From an uncultured Gemmatimonadales bacterium (GTDB lineage: Bacteria; Gemmatimonadota; Gemmatimonadetes; Longimicrobiales; RSA9), in the NCBI GenBank assembly GCA_963816355.1, contig CAWFKH010000003.1:928001-992000 (forward strand): a stretch of DNA of 64,000 bases. Reading direction: 5' to 3'. Positions 9,257-21,876 of this stretch are shown in pieces. The notes under the pieces are model-generated. The model did no database searches, was not told where the DNA came from, and saw nothing but the letters and a program-made list of their open reading frames with translations. Every line of letters begins with the position of its first letter. Position 1 is the first letter of the stretch. The position numbers were made by a program, and so were the translations under genes.

Positions 9257-12187
9257 TCAGTGCGGGGGCGATGGCGAGCGAATGTAGGCGAGCCGTGAAG
9301 AGGCGGCGGCGCGGCGCGTCTGGAAGCGAGGATCCGCACGCTGCCATGCGTTCGCCACGGCGGCGTAATGGACTGCGGCGCTGTCCGGTTCTCCTGCGGC
9401 GTCGAAAGCCAGCGCCAGCAGTTCGTGTAGCTCCGTGCGGCTGACATACAGGTTTGAAGCGTCCAGCGGTCCGGACAGCGCCGGTCTCACGATGGATATT
9501 GCTTCTGTAGCTCGCCCGCGAGCGAGCAGCAGTCGTCCCAACGCCAGGTTGGTGCGCGTATAGCCGGAGACGGGCGAGTAGATCGCTTGTCTCAGAAGCG
9601 CCTCCGCCTCGTCCGGACGTCCCTTCGCGAGCGCGATCAGGCCGCGAACGTGGTTGTGCAGCAGCCGGTCTCGGCCGTACGCGCTGAACGGTCCCAGCGC
9701 CTCGATGGTATCGGCCAGCGCTGCCGCCTCCTCCAGGTGTCCCGCCGCTACGAGGGACGCCGCCGCCTGTGTCAGGAACCAGCCACGGTTCCGTGCCGCC
9801 TTGCTGCGGACGGTATCGCGTCCGAAGACGGTCGCCATCTCTCTGAACTTCCGGGCAGCCTCCACATATCGCCCTGAGGCGAAGAGCACGATCACGCCGG
9901 TCAGGGGAAGGAGGGGGTCGCCCGGATTTCCGCACACCGCGAGTCGTCGCGCCGAGGCCAGCGCATCCCGCAGCCGTCCCTGATCGCGATAGCTGTAGAC
10001 TCTCCACCACTCGGCCTCGCAGCCGAGCGCCGGATCGCCGCCTGCCGCTACCTTCGCGAGGATTTCGTCCGCATCAGCGAAGGAGCCGAAGCGAAGCGCC
10101 CTGCCCGCATTGGCCAACGCGTAGTTGAGAGGAGGTGATGGTGCGATTTCCTGCGCTTTCCTGCTCGCCTCGGAGGCCGCTTCGCGCAGGCCTTCGGCGT
10201 CCAGCACACTCGCCAGCACGTTCCAGGAAGAGGAGGAGCCCGGCAACATGCGCACGTAGGTTCGAGCGGCCCGCTCGGCTGCGGGCATGGAGTCCGCCAT
10301 CATGTAGGCCGCGGCGAGTTCCGCCAGCGCATCGCAGCCGGTACACCGAGGGGCGTGCCCGAGCATCGGGATGGAATCGAGACGGAACGCTTCCCGGAGA
10401 TGGCGCGCCCCTTCCAGGAACCGGCCATCCCACTTGAGGGCGACGCCGAGAATACGATGGCCCTCCGGCAGATCGGGATAGAGACTCGCGAGGCTGTCGG
10501 CGACGGCCAGAACCGCCGGATCGTCCGCGTCCTCACTGAAAGTGGCCGAGATGAGCAGTCGCTCCTGGGGCGTCGCCCGGTCCGCCATTCTGCGCGCCCG
10601 GCCCAGATACAGGGCGTGGCAGGACGGTTCGACCCAGAGGCATGCCTCCCCGGCGTAGTAGGCCGCCATCGCGAACGTGGAGTCCGTAGCGACCGCGGCC
10701 TTGAAAAGACTCAGCGCGGCCGTCGCGTCACCTCGGAGATAGTACGCCCGCAGACCCTGCTCGTAGAGACGATAGGCCGCGAGCGGCGGGGCCGTGCGGC
10801 GCGCGGTCGGAAGCGGCGCGCTCAGCCCGAAGGCTTCGGCGAGTTCGTTCGCCGCGGCGTCGACGACAGCGAAAACGTCCGCACCTTCCACCGAGACCGC
10901 GCCGGATACGGCGCCGTCGCCGAGCGCGGCTCGACGCAGATCGAAACGCAGGCGCCCGTCAGGCAGCTCGTAGAGGGCCCCTTCGACGACCTCGGTCGCG
11001 CCGGAGCGCCGCGCCGCCTGCAGCAGAGATGCGCGACCGTCGTATCCGTAGCCGCCCAACATCTCGAAGAGGCGTGCATTGCTCACGACGCTCAGACCGG
11101 GCACCTGCGACAGCCGCGTCGAGAGCAGTTCCCGGACGACGGGGACCAGATCCTGATCCGACGGTCCGAAGTCCTTCACGTCCCCGATGGCGAGCACAGC
11201 GTCGGTTGGCAGGCGGTCGTCGCGCACGGTCAGTGCGATACCCGTCGCGAGCAATGCCAGCACAGGCACGGCGGCGAGCACAAGCCCCCAGGGGCCGGCC
11301 CGCCACCGGGCTCGCATCCCGACCGCAGAGCCCGCGGCGCGCGGGCGGACGCCCTCGTCGGACGTATTCGCTCGCGTCGCCCCCCCTGCCTCTGCTTCGG
11401 GATCCACGCCGTGACCGGCGTCCGGCCCCCCGTTCTCGAGCCGCGCGACCCGGGTGGCCACGTGATCGCGAGACCGGATCGACTCCAGGAGGATGCTCGT
11501 CTCCGGCGCCGGCTCCATGCCGAACTCCGCATCCAACCGACAGCGGTGGTCCTCATAGAGGCGGAGCGCCCCGGCGCGGTCCCCCGCTCGATCGAGCAGC
11601 GAAAGCAGCCTGCGCACCGCCGTGTCGTCGTCCGGCGAGAGAGCGACGGCCCGTCGAGCCAGCCCAAGGGCGGGCTCGATCCTGCCGGCCGCCTCTTCAG
11701 CCCCGGCCGCTTTCCACGCCGCCGTCGCCGCACGGCGCCGCGCGTCGGCGCGCTCGATCTCGAGCCACTGCTCGAATCCTGGAGTGTCGTGGAGAAAGAA
11801 ACCTTCGAGAAGGTCGCCGCGGTAGAGAGCGAGGGCCTCAGCGGCGCGCTCATCCCGGAGCAGCTCTTTCATTTCCGTTACGTCGCACCAGACCGCTCCC
11901 GGGCCGAGAGCCACCTCGTCCTCGCCCCGACCGACTACCGTCCCTGAGCCAAGCGATTGTCGGATGTGAAAGATCGTCTTGCGAAGAACGGTGCGCGCAT
12001 GTTGCTGATCCAGATCCGGCCAGAAGAGGCCGATCAGTACGTCCCGCCGAACGAAGCCGGGGTGTGCGGCCAGAGCGAGATAGACGAGGAGGGCCAGTCG
12101 CTTCGGTTGAGCGACCAGGGACTGCACCGCGACTCCCTCAGCGGTGCGGAGATCGACCGCGCCCAGCGTGCGAAGCTGGAACTCCAT
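9257..12187 (-). CDS. SARP-like wHTH-BTAD transcriptional regulator with one TM helix, a TolB-N-like domain and TPR repeats
   Basis: LRTLG..DL, QPKRLALLVYLA, RDVLIGLFWP, YRGDLLEGF, FEQWLE, EPAPET; TM WGLVLAAVPVLALLATGIALTV; AYRLYEQG followed by helical repeats. Confidence 0.88.
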   Translation of the reverse strand: MEFQLRTLGAVDLRTAEGVAVQSLVAQPKRLALLVYLALAAHPGFVRRDVLIGLFWPDLDQQHARTVLRKTIFHIRQSLGSGTVVGRGEDEVALGPGAVWCDVTEMKELLRDERAAEALALYRGDLLEGFFLHDTPGFEQWLEIERADARRRAATAAWKAAGAEEAAGRIEPALGLARRAVALSPDDDTAVRRLLSLLDRAGDRAGALRLYEDHRCRLDAEFGMEPAPETSILLESIRSRDHVATRVARLENGGPDAGHGVDPEAEAGGATRANTSDEGVRPRAAGSAVGMRARWRAGPWGLVLAAVPVLALLATGIALTVRDDRLPTDAVLAIGDVKDFGPSDQDLVPVVRELLSTRLSQVPGLSVVSNARLFEMLGGYGYDGRASLLQAARRSGATEVVEGALYELPDGRLRFDLRRAALGDGAVSGAVSVEGADVFAVVDAAANELAEAFGLSAPLPTARRTAPPLAAYRLYEQGLRAYYLRGDATAALSLFKAAVATDSTFAMAAYYAGEACLWVEPSCHALYLGRARRMADRATPQERLLISATFSEDADDPAVLAVADSLASLYPDLPEGHRILGVALKWDGRFLEGARHLREAFRLDSIPMLGHAPRCTGCDALAELAAAYMMADSMPAAERAARTYVRMLPGSSSSWNVLASVLDAEGLREAASEASRKAQEIAPSPPLNYALANAGRALRFGSFADADEILAKVAAGGDPALGCEAEWWRVYSYRDQGRLRDALASARRLAVCGNPGDPLLPLTGVIVLFASGRYVEAARKFREMATVFGRDTVRSKAARNRGWFLTQAAASLVAAGHLEEAAALADTIEALGPFSAYGRDRLLHNHVRGLIALAKGRPDEAEALLRQAIYSPVSGYTRTNLALGRLLLARGRATEAISIVRPALSGPLDASNLYVSRTELHELLALAFDAAGEPDSAAVHYAAVANAWQRADPRFQTRRAAASSRLAYIRSPSPPH

Positions 12188-12398
12188 GCCGGCCTTTCGG
12201 CGCATGCGTCGTTGGAGGGAGCGACGGTGGCGTCCGGGCGGCGAGGACGCAGCGCTGCACCGCGCTGAGTGAAAGGTGTGCTGCGGGTGCCCGAATGGTC
12301 AAGCGACTGCGACAGGCCTCTTGCGTGGAGTCGTTCTCCTTTCGAGTGGCTGCGCTCGCCGGTGCGCCGCGCCGCGACCGCGTGCGCCCGCCGTCGGC

Positions 12399-14861
<2,463 letters not shown>

Positions 14862-15017
14862 CTGGGCCCTCCTCGACTCGTTTGTCTGGCCGGCCCCGGC
14901 GGCGCCGCCAGCGCTTGGCGCGGCGCGGCCGCCGGGGCGTGTCCGCCTGGTGGACCTCATCCGAAGTGGCGGTGGCATTCGCCGGCTCGGTGCTCGCCGT
15001 ACTCCGGATGCGATCGA

Positions 15018-15170
15018 TTACGCGGTGAACTGTCCCGGGTTTTCGTCGAACTTCTTCTTGCACCCGGCGCTGCAGAAGTAGTAGGTGCGGCCCTGGTAGA
15101 CACTCGTCCCCGCCGCCGTCTCGGGATCCACCTGCATCCCGCAGACCGGATCCTTTTCCTTCTCCGCCAT
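15018..15170 (-). CDS. Stand-alone YHS/TRASH domain metal-binding protein (50 aa)
   Basis: MAEKEKDPVCGMQVDP...YQGRTYYFCSAGCKKKF; AAGGAG RBS. Confidence 0.9.
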   Translation of the reverse strand: MAEKEKDPVCGMQVDPETAAGTSVYQGRTYYFCSAGCKKKFDENPGQFTA

Positions 15171-15279
15171 TGCCTGCTCCTTCCATGAGAGAAATCGAGG
15201 CGCCCCCGGAATGCCCGGCCGGCACGCGCACCGGACACCTCCGACCGGGCGCTCATCACCCCAACGTAGACGCATACAC

Positions 15280-15317
15280 CTGAAATGCCCGTGAAGTCTG
15301 GGTGAAGAGATCTTCAC
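15280..15317 (-). promoter_or_regulatory. Putative OmpR-type regulator box upstream of YHS/copA
   Basis: Minus strand GTGAAG-atct-CTTCAC-ccaga-CTTCAC-gggca-TTTCAG; same layout at 15567 and 28624. Confidence 0.7.
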
Positions 15318-15566
15318 CCGACCGCCCGGCGCGTGAAGCACCCCTCATGTGCATCTCACGCGCGGGGCGGGTGTTGCGGCGGGGGCAGTGCTGCCTCGGA
15401 GGCGGAGCCGGAGGAGCGGGCAGCCCGGCATCTGCCGGAGAGCCGCGGCGCAGGGGCGGCTGCTGCCAGGCTTCGCGAGCTGCACTACGGGCGCTGGGAC
15501 ACGGAACGGGAGGGTCCTCGCGGCGGGTACCCGCGCAGTCACGGCCGCCGGGCGGTGGCCGGCACA

Positions 15567-15604
15567 ATGAAGCTCTCTTCATCCGGACTTCACGAAACGT
15601 TCAC
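15567..15604 (+). promoter_or_regulatory. Putative OmpR-type regulator box upstream of cusCBA
   Basis: ATGAAG-ctct-CTTCAT-ccgga-CTTCAC-gaaac-GTTCAC. Confidence 0.7.
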
Positions 15605-15664
15605 GAGCGCTCCGCTAGACTTGCGGTCGGGACGCTGAAGTCCACAACGGACGAGGATGCTTCG

Positions 15665-17059
15665 ATGCACCACACAGGCCGGGCGCGGCTGCCGGCTCTC
15701 CTGCTTGCGCTGCTGACGGCGGGCTCCGCCGCCGCACAGACGCCACGCCAGGCGACGTCGCCCGCGGCCGCCCAGCCGGTGGGCGCCGGGACCGCGGCGG
15801 CGAAGGGCGCACGAGCGGCGGCACCGACGGGTGCGTCGCCTGCGGAGGGAATCCGCCTGGGCGAGATCTACGCGCTGGCGCGGCAGCGGAACCCGGGGAT
15901 CGTCGCGGCGGAAGCGCTGGCGCGCGCCACGGCGGCGCGCGAGTCGGGCGCCGCGCTGCCTCCCGACCCCACGCTGCAGCTGGGCGTCATGAACTTCACG
16001 CTGCCGGGCTTTGCCACGAACATGCCGACGTCCATGGCGCCGTCGGTCCAGGTGATGGAGATGCTACCCTTCCCGGGCAAGCTCGGGCTGCGCGGGCGGG
16101 TCGCGGAAGCGAGCACGGGCATCGCGGAAGCGAAAGCATCGGAGACGTGGTGGCAGGTGCGCGCCACGGCGGCGACCGGGTTCTACGACCTGTACCGCGC
16201 GGACCGGCAGCTCGAGGTGATGCGTCGCACGCTGCGTCTGCTCCAGGACTTCCAGAAGGTGGCGCAGGCAATGTACGGCGCGGGCGAGGGGCACCAGGCG
16301 GACGTGCTGCGTGCGGGAGTCGAGGTGGCGCGCATGCAGGCGGACGTCGCGCAGATGGAGGCGATGCGCCGCGTCTCGGCGGCCAAGCTGAACGCGGTGC
16401 TGGACCGTCCCGCGGACACCCCGATTCCGACCCCCGTTCTCGATCCGCTCCCGGATGCGGTGCTGCCTGCCGACACGCTGCTGGCGTGGGCGGAGGCGAC
16501 GCGGCCGTTGCTCGAAGCCGGGCGCGGCGGCGTACAGCGCGCGGACGCGGATCTCGCGCTCGCCCGCAAGCAGATCTGGCCGGATCTGAGCATAGGGATC
16601 CAGTACGGCCAGCGCGCCACGGACACGGGGACGCAGCACATGGGCAGCGCGATGATCGGTTTCAGCCTGCCGGTCTTCGCGGGGCGCCGGCAGCTGCGGG
16701 AGCGGGAAGAGGCGGCGGCCGAGCGCCAGGCCGTCACGGCCGACCTGGCGGGGATGCGGGCGGAGGTGCGCGCGCGGATCGGGACGCTGCTGGCGCAGCT
16801 CGACCGCGCGCGCACGCTGGTCGGGCTGTACCGGACGGACGTGCTGCCCCAGGCGTCCGCGACGGTGGAATCCTCGCTGTCCGCCTACCGCGTGGGACAC
16901 GTGGACTTCATGACGCTGGTCGATGCGCAGATGACGGAGAACCGGTACGAGCAGGACTACTACGGGCTGCTGGCCGACTACGGAACGGCGGTCGCGGAGC
17001 TGGAGACGACCCTCGGCCGCGCGCTTCCGGCGGCCGGCAACCTGGCGGAGGTCCAGTGA
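15665..17059 (+). CDS. TolC-family outer membrane factor of the heavy-metal RND system (CusC-like)
   Basis: Signal peptide, LPPDPTL, PFPGKL, YRVGHVDFMTLVDAQ; first gene of an OMF-MFP-RND operon. Confidence 0.88.
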   Translation: MHHTGRARLPALLLALLTAGSAAAQTPRQATSPAAAQPVGAGTAAAKGARAAAPTGASPAEGIRLGEIYALARQRNPGIVAAEALARATAARESGAALPPDPTLQLGVMNFTLPGFATNMPTSMAPSVQVMEMLPFPGKLGLRGRVAEASTGIAEAKASETWWQVRATAATGFYDLYRADRQLEVMRRTLRLLQDFQKVAQAMYGAGEGHQADVLRAGVEVARMQADVAQMEAMRRVSAAKLNAVLDRPADTPIPTPVLDPLPDAVLPADTLLAWAEATRPLLEAGRGGVQRADADLALARKQIWPDLSIGIQYGQRATDTGTQHMGSAMIGFSLPVFAGRRQLREREEAAAERQAVTADLAGMRAEVRARIGTLLAQLDRARTLVGLYRTDVLPQASATVESSLSAYRVGHVDFMTLVDAQMTENRYEQDYYGLLADYGTAVAELETTLGRALPAAGNLAEVQ

Positions 17060-18288
17060 GCACGCGCAAGCAGATGGGAGTGGCCGGCGGCCTCGTGGCG
17101 CTGGCGCTGGCGGTGGTGGTGGTGGTGCTCTACACGGGGAGCACCGCGCTCGGCGCCGGCGCGGGTGTCGAGGGCGGCATGGCGGCCATGAACATGGGCG
17201 CGCCGGCGGCGGAGGGGGCGCAGCCCGTGCACCTCACGCCGGAAGCGGCGCGGCGGATCGGAGTGACCTACGCCGCGGCGGAGGTGCGCCCGTTCGAGCG
17301 AACGGTGCACACGGTGGCTTCGGTCACCTACGACGAGACGCGGCTGGCGGAGGTGGACCCGAAGGTCGAAGGCTGGGTGGACAAGCTGTTCGTGGACTTC
17401 ACCGGCGCGCCGGTGAAGAAGGGGCAGCCGCTGCTCACGGTGTACAGCCCGATGCTGGTCACGGCGCAGGAGGAGCTGCTGCTGGCGCGGCGGCTGGTGG
17501 ACGAGTCTGCCGATGCGCCCGCGGGCGTAGCGGCGGCGAGCGCGCGCGAGCTGCTGGCGTCCTCGCGCCGTCGCCTGGCGTACTGGGACATCCCGGCGGA
17601 CGAGGTCGCGCGCATCGAGAGGAACGGAGTGCCGAGCAAGACGCTCACGCTGCGCTCTCCTGCCGACGGCGTGGTGGTCGAGAAGAACGTCGTGCGCGGC
17701 GCGCGCATCATGCCCGGCATGACGCTCTACCGGATCGCGGACCTTTCCACGGTCTGGGTGGAGGGCGACGTGTACGAGAAGGACCTTTCGCTCGTGTCGC
17801 TGGGGCAGCACGCGCACCTCACGCTGGAGAGCCAGCCCGGCCGCGCGTACGAGGGTGTGGTCACCTACATCTATCCGAGCGTGTCCGTGGAGAGCCGCAC
17901 GGGTCGTGTGCGCGTGGCGCTGCGCAACCCGGACCTCGCGCTGAAGCCCGGCATGTACGCCAAGATCTCGCTGGCCGTCCCGGCGACGAGGACCCTGGTC
18001 GTGCCGCGCACCGCGGTGCTGCGGAGCGGCGAGCGCTCGCTCGTCTTCGTGCGCGACGCGCGGGGCATGCTCGAGCCCCGCGACGTGCGGGTCGGGCTGG
18101 CGAACGACACCCTGATCGAGATCCGGGAGGGCCTCGTCGCGGGCGATGTGGTAGTCTCCTCCGCGACCTTCCTGATCGACGCGGAATCGAACCTCGGCTC
18201 CACCATGGCGTCCATGCCGGGCATGGACATGGGCGCGCCGGGCGGTGGCGACAGCGGCGCGCAGCCGACCGCCCACCCCGGCCACTGA
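17056..18288 (+). CDS. cusB: Heavy-metal RND periplasmic adaptor (CusB-like)
   Basis: GWVDKLFVDFTG, YSPMLVTAQEE, LKPGMYA, FLIDAESNL; Met-rich ends; GTGA overlap with the upstream gene. Confidence 0.88.
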   Translation: MSTRKQMGVAGGLVALALAVVVVVLYTGSTALGAGAGVEGGMAAMNMGAPAAEGAQPVHLTPEAARRIGVTYAAAEVRPFERTVHTVASVTYDETRLAEVDPKVEGWVDKLFVDFTGAPVKKGQPLLTVYSPMLVTAQEELLLARRLVDESADAPAGVAAASARELLASSRRRLAYWDIPADEVARIERNGVPSKTLTLRSPADGVVVEKNVVRGARIMPGMTLYRIADLSTVWVEGDVYEKDLSLVSLGQHAHLTLESQPGRAYEGVVTYIYPSVSVESRTGRVRVALRNPDLALKPGMYAKISLAVPATRTLVVPRTAVLRSGERSLVFVRDARGMLEPRDVRVGLANDTLIEIREGLVAGDVVVSSATFLIDAESNLGSTMASMPGMDMGAPGGGDSGAQPTAHPGH

Positions 18289-18298
18289 GGAGGGCGCC

Positions 18299-21200
18299 AT
18301 GCTGAAGCGCGTCATCGAGTGGTCCGTCGCGAACCGCTTCCTCGTCCTGCTCGGCGCGCTGGCGATCGCCGCTGCCGGGATCCTCGCCATGCGGAGCACG
18401 CCGCTCGACGCGCTGCCCGACCTGTCGGACGTGCAGGTGATCGTCAAGACGGACTACGCCGGCCAGGCGCCGCAGATCGTCGAGGACCAGGTCACCTATC
18501 CCGTGGCGACGGAGATGCTGAAGGTGCCCGGCGCCGAGACCGTGCGCGGCTACTCCTTCTTCGGCGTCTCCTTCGTCTACGTCATCTTCAAGGACGGCAC
18601 CGACCTCTACTGGGCGAGGAGCCGGGTGCTCGAGTACCTGTCGGCGATCCGCGGCAAGCTGCCGCAAGGCGCCGACGCGGCGCTGGGGCCGGATGCCACG
18701 GGACTCGGCTGGGTCTACGAGTACGTGCTCGAGGACACCACCGGCACGCGCTCGCTGGCCGACCTGCGTTCGCTCCAGGACTGGTACCTGCGCTACCAGC
18801 TCACGGCGGTGCCGGGGGTGAGCGAGGTGGCCTCCGTGGGCGGCTTCGAGAAGAGCTACGAGGTCACCGTGGACCCGGAGAAGCTGCGCGGCTACGGCGT
18901 GCCGGTGACCCGCGTCATGGCCGCGCTGCGCGGCTCGAACCAGGACGCGGGCGCCATGACGCTCGAGCTCTCCGAACGGGAGTTCATGGTGCGCGGGCTC
19001 GGCTACCTGAAGGGCACGCGCGACATCGAGGAAACCGTGGTCGGCTCCACGGCCGGCGGCACGCCGATCCGCGTGGCCGACGTGGCGACGGTGCAGCTCG
19101 CGCCGGAGGTGCGCCGCGGTGTGGCCGACTACGACGGCCGCGGCGATGCCGTGGCCGGCATCGTCGTCATGCGCTTCGGCGAGAACGCGCTGGCGACCAT
19201 CGAGCGCGTGAAGGAGAAGCTGGCCGCGATCGAGGAGGGGCTACCGCCGGGGGTGGTGGTGCACACGGTCTACGACCGCTCGGACCTCATCCGGCGCAGT
19301 ATCTCGACGCTCAAGGAGAAGCTGGTCGAGGAGTCGATCGTCGTCGCGCTGGTCTGCCTTCTCTTCCTCTTCCACGCGCCCAGCGCGCTGGTGGCCATCG
19401 TCACGCTGCCGGTGGGCATCCTCATGGCCTTCATCGCCATGCGTATGGTGGGCGTGGGCGCGGACATCATGAGCCTGGGCGGCATCGCCATCGCCATCGG
19501 TGCCATGATCGACGGGGCGATCGTGATGATCGAGAACATGCACAAGCACCTGGAGCGGGCGCAGGCGGAGCTGGAAGGCGGGGAGCACGGATCGGCGCCG
19601 CGCCTGAGCAGCGTGCAGCGCTGGAAGGCGGTGGTCGAGTCCTCGAAGGAGGTCGGGCCGGCCCTCTTCTTCAGCCTGCTGATCATCACCGTCTCGTTCC
19701 TGCCCGTCTTCACCCTGGAGGCGCAGGAGGGCCGGCTCTTCAAGCCGCTCGCCTGGACCAAGACGCTGTCCATGGGCGCGGCGGCCGTCCTGGCCGTGAC
19801 GCTGGTGCCCGTGGCCATGGGGCTGTTCATCCGGGGACGCATCCACGCGGAGGACGCCAACCCGATCTCGCGCGTGCTGACCCGCCTCTACCGGCCCGTG
19901 CTCGACTTCGTGCTGCGCTGGCGCTGGCCGGTCATCGGCGGCGCGCTGGCCGTGCTGATCCTGACCTGGATCCCGTTCTCGCGCATCGGCAGCGAGTTCA
20001 TGCCGCCGCTCGGGGAGGGCTCGATCCTGTACATGCCGAGCACGCTGCCCGGCATCAGCGTGGCGCAGGTGCGCGCGGTCGTCCAGCGCCAGGACAGCAT
20101 CCTGAAGAGCTTCCCCGAGGTGCAGAGCGTGTTCGGGAAGGCGGGACGCGCCACGACGGCCACGGACCCGGCGGGCCTCGACATGGTGGAGACGACCATC
20201 GTGCTGAAGCCCGAGACGCAGTGGCGCCACGGGATGACCATGGAGCGGCTCGTGGCGGCCATGGACACGGCCATCGCGTACCCCGGCTTCGCCAACATGT
20301 GGACCATGCCCATCAAGGGGCGCATCGACATGCTGGCCACGGGCATCCGCACGCCGGTCGGCATCAAGATCTTCGGCCCCGACCTGGGCGAGCTGGAGCG
20401 GATCGGCCGCGACATCGAAGGCGCGATCCGCATGGTGCCGGGGACGCGCTCGGTGTTCGCGGACCGCGCGGTGTCGGGCTACTACCTCGACGTGGACATC
20501 GACCGCGCCGCCGCCGCCCGCTACGGGCTCAACATCCAGGACATCCAGAACGTGATCAGCTCGGCCGTGGGCGGCATGACCATCACGCAGACGGTCGAGG
20601 GGCGCGAGCGCTACGGCGTGCGCCTGCGCTACCCGCAGGAACTGCGCGACCAGCCCGAGAAGCTGGCCGACGTGCTCGTCCCGATCTCCCGCGGTCGGGC
20701 CTCCATGGATCCGGCGGGCAGCGGCATGGAGGCGATGGGCGGCGGCGCGTCCGACGGGACTTCATCGGCGGCGACGGTGGCCGGCGGCGGCACCGGAGCG
20801 CCGCCGGCGCCCGGCGTCGCACAGATCCCGCTCGGCGCTGTCGCCACCATCCGCATGGTGAAGGGGCCCATGGCCATCAAGACGGAGGGGGCGTTCCCCA
20901 CGGCCTGGGTCAACGTGGACGTGACCGGCCGCGACATCGGCAGCTACATCGCCGACGCGAAGCCGATGGTGGAGCGCATGGTGACGCTGCCGGCCGGCTA
21001 CTCCATCCAGTGGTCGGGCCAATACGAGTACATGCAGCGGGCGCGGCAGAAGATGATGCTCGTGGTGCCCGCGGTGCTGCTCATCATCGCGCTGCTGCTC
21101 TACCTCAACTTCCGGAGCGCGGGAGAAACGGCCATCGTGCTCCTCTCCCTGCCGTTCTCGCTGGTCGGCAGCGTGTTCTTCATGGCGCTGCTGGGCTACA

Positions 21201-21631
21201 ACTGGTCCGTGGCCACGGGCATCGGCTTCATCGCCCTCGGCGGCGTGGCCGCGGAGATCGGCGTCGTGATGCTCGTCTACCTCAAGCAGGCGCACCGCAG
21301 GCGGCGTGAGGAGGGGCGGCTGCGCGGCACCGATGACCTGCTCGACGCGGTGCGCGAGGGCGCCGGGCAGCGGCTCCGGCCGGTCGTCATGACGGCTACC
21401 GCCATCATCGCCGGCTTGCTGCCCATCCTCTGGGGCGACGGCACGGGCGCGAGCGTCATGAAGCGCATCGCCGCGCCCATGGTCGGCGGCATGGTTTCCG
21501 CCACCGCGCTCACGCTGCTCGTGATCCCCGCGGTCTACTCCCTGTGGCAGGAGGCACTGCTGCGCCGGGAGGCCCGCTCGGCGGCCGCAGAGCCCGCCGA
21601 CACGCGCCTGGCCGCGGCGGCGGGGGTCTGA
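18299..21631 (+). CDS. cusA: CusA-family heavy-metal efflux RND permease
   Basis: PLDALPDLSDVQVI, EDQVTYP, YWARSRVLEYL, GSEFMPPL, MVET, RIDMLATG, MKRIAAPMVGG. Confidence 0.95.
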   Translation: MLKRVIEWSVANRFLVLLGALAIAAAGILAMRSTPLDALPDLSDVQVIVKTDYAGQAPQIVEDQVTYPVATEMLKVPGAETVRGYSFFGVSFVYVIFKDGTDLYWARSRVLEYLSAIRGKLPQGADAALGPDATGLGWVYEYVLEDTTGTRSLADLRSLQDWYLRYQLTAVPGVSEVASVGGFEKSYEVTVDPEKLRGYGVPVTRVMAALRGSNQDAGAMTLELSEREFMVRGLGYLKGTRDIEETVVGSTAGGTPIRVADVATVQLAPEVRRGVADYDGRGDAVAGIVVMRFGENALATIERVKEKLAAIEEGLPPGVVVHTVYDRSDLIRRSISTLKEKLVEESIVVALVCLLFLFHAPSALVAIVTLPVGILMAFIAMRMVGVGADIMSLGGIAIAIGAMIDGAIVMIENMHKHLERAQAELEGGEHGSAPRLSSVQRWKAVVESSKEVGPALFFSLLIITVSFLPVFTLEAQEGRLFKPLAWTKTLSMGAAAVLAVTLVPVAMGLFIRGRIHAEDANPISRVLTRLYRPVLDFVLRWRWPVIGGALAVLILTWIPFSRIGSEFMPPLGEGSILYMPSTLPGISVAQVRAVVQRQDSILKSFPEVQSVFGKAGRATTATDPAGLDMVETTIVLKPETQWRHGMTMERLVAAMDTAIAYPGFANMWTMPIKGRIDMLATGIRTPVGIKIFGPDLGELERIGRDIEGAIRMVPGTRSVFADRAVSGYYLDVDIDRAAAARYGLNIQDIQNVISSAVGGMTITQTVEGRERYGVRLRYPQELRDQPEKLADVLVPISRGRASMDPAGSGMEAMGGGASDGTSSAATVAGGGTGAPPAPGVAQIPLGAVATIRMVKGPMAIKTEGAFPTAWVNVDVTGRDIGSYIADAKPMVERMVTLPAGYSIQWSGQYEYMQRARQKMMLVVPAVLLIIALLLYLNFRSAGETAIVLLSLPFSLVGSVFFMALLGYNWSVATGIGFIALGGVAAEIGVVMLVYLKQAHRRRREEGRLRGTDDLLDAVREGAGQRLRPVVMTATAIIAGLLPILWGDGTGASVMKRIAAPMVGGMVSATALTLLVIPAVYSLWQEALLRREARSAAAEPADTRLAAAAGV

Positions 21632-21669
21632 GCCGCGGGCGGCCGCCGTCAGGCGCTCGCCGGGGCTCA

Positions 21670-21800
21670 GCGATGGCGGGCTGCAGCGCGGCGACCGCCT
21701 GGCGCAGCGTCGCGGCGGCGGCCGCCTCCCGCCCCGGCCGGTGGGCGACCACCATGCTCAGGCCCATCGGACCCGCCTGCCGCAGGCGCATAGGGTGCAC
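21670..21800 (-). pseudogene. Short remnant resembling the periplasmic region of an ADOP/MacB-type ABC permease
   Basis: LRQAGPMGLSMVVAHRPGREAAAAATLRQAVAALQPAI resembles the 'Q...mslvvr...aa.lr.av..ldp.l' segment; the rest of the gene is absent. Confidence 0.35.
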
Positions 21801-21876
21801 CCCTCGCCGCTCCGGGCTGCGCTCCGGCGACGATCCCCTGGGTCGAGCGGCGGATCGAGCCGCCGACCCGGTCCGA

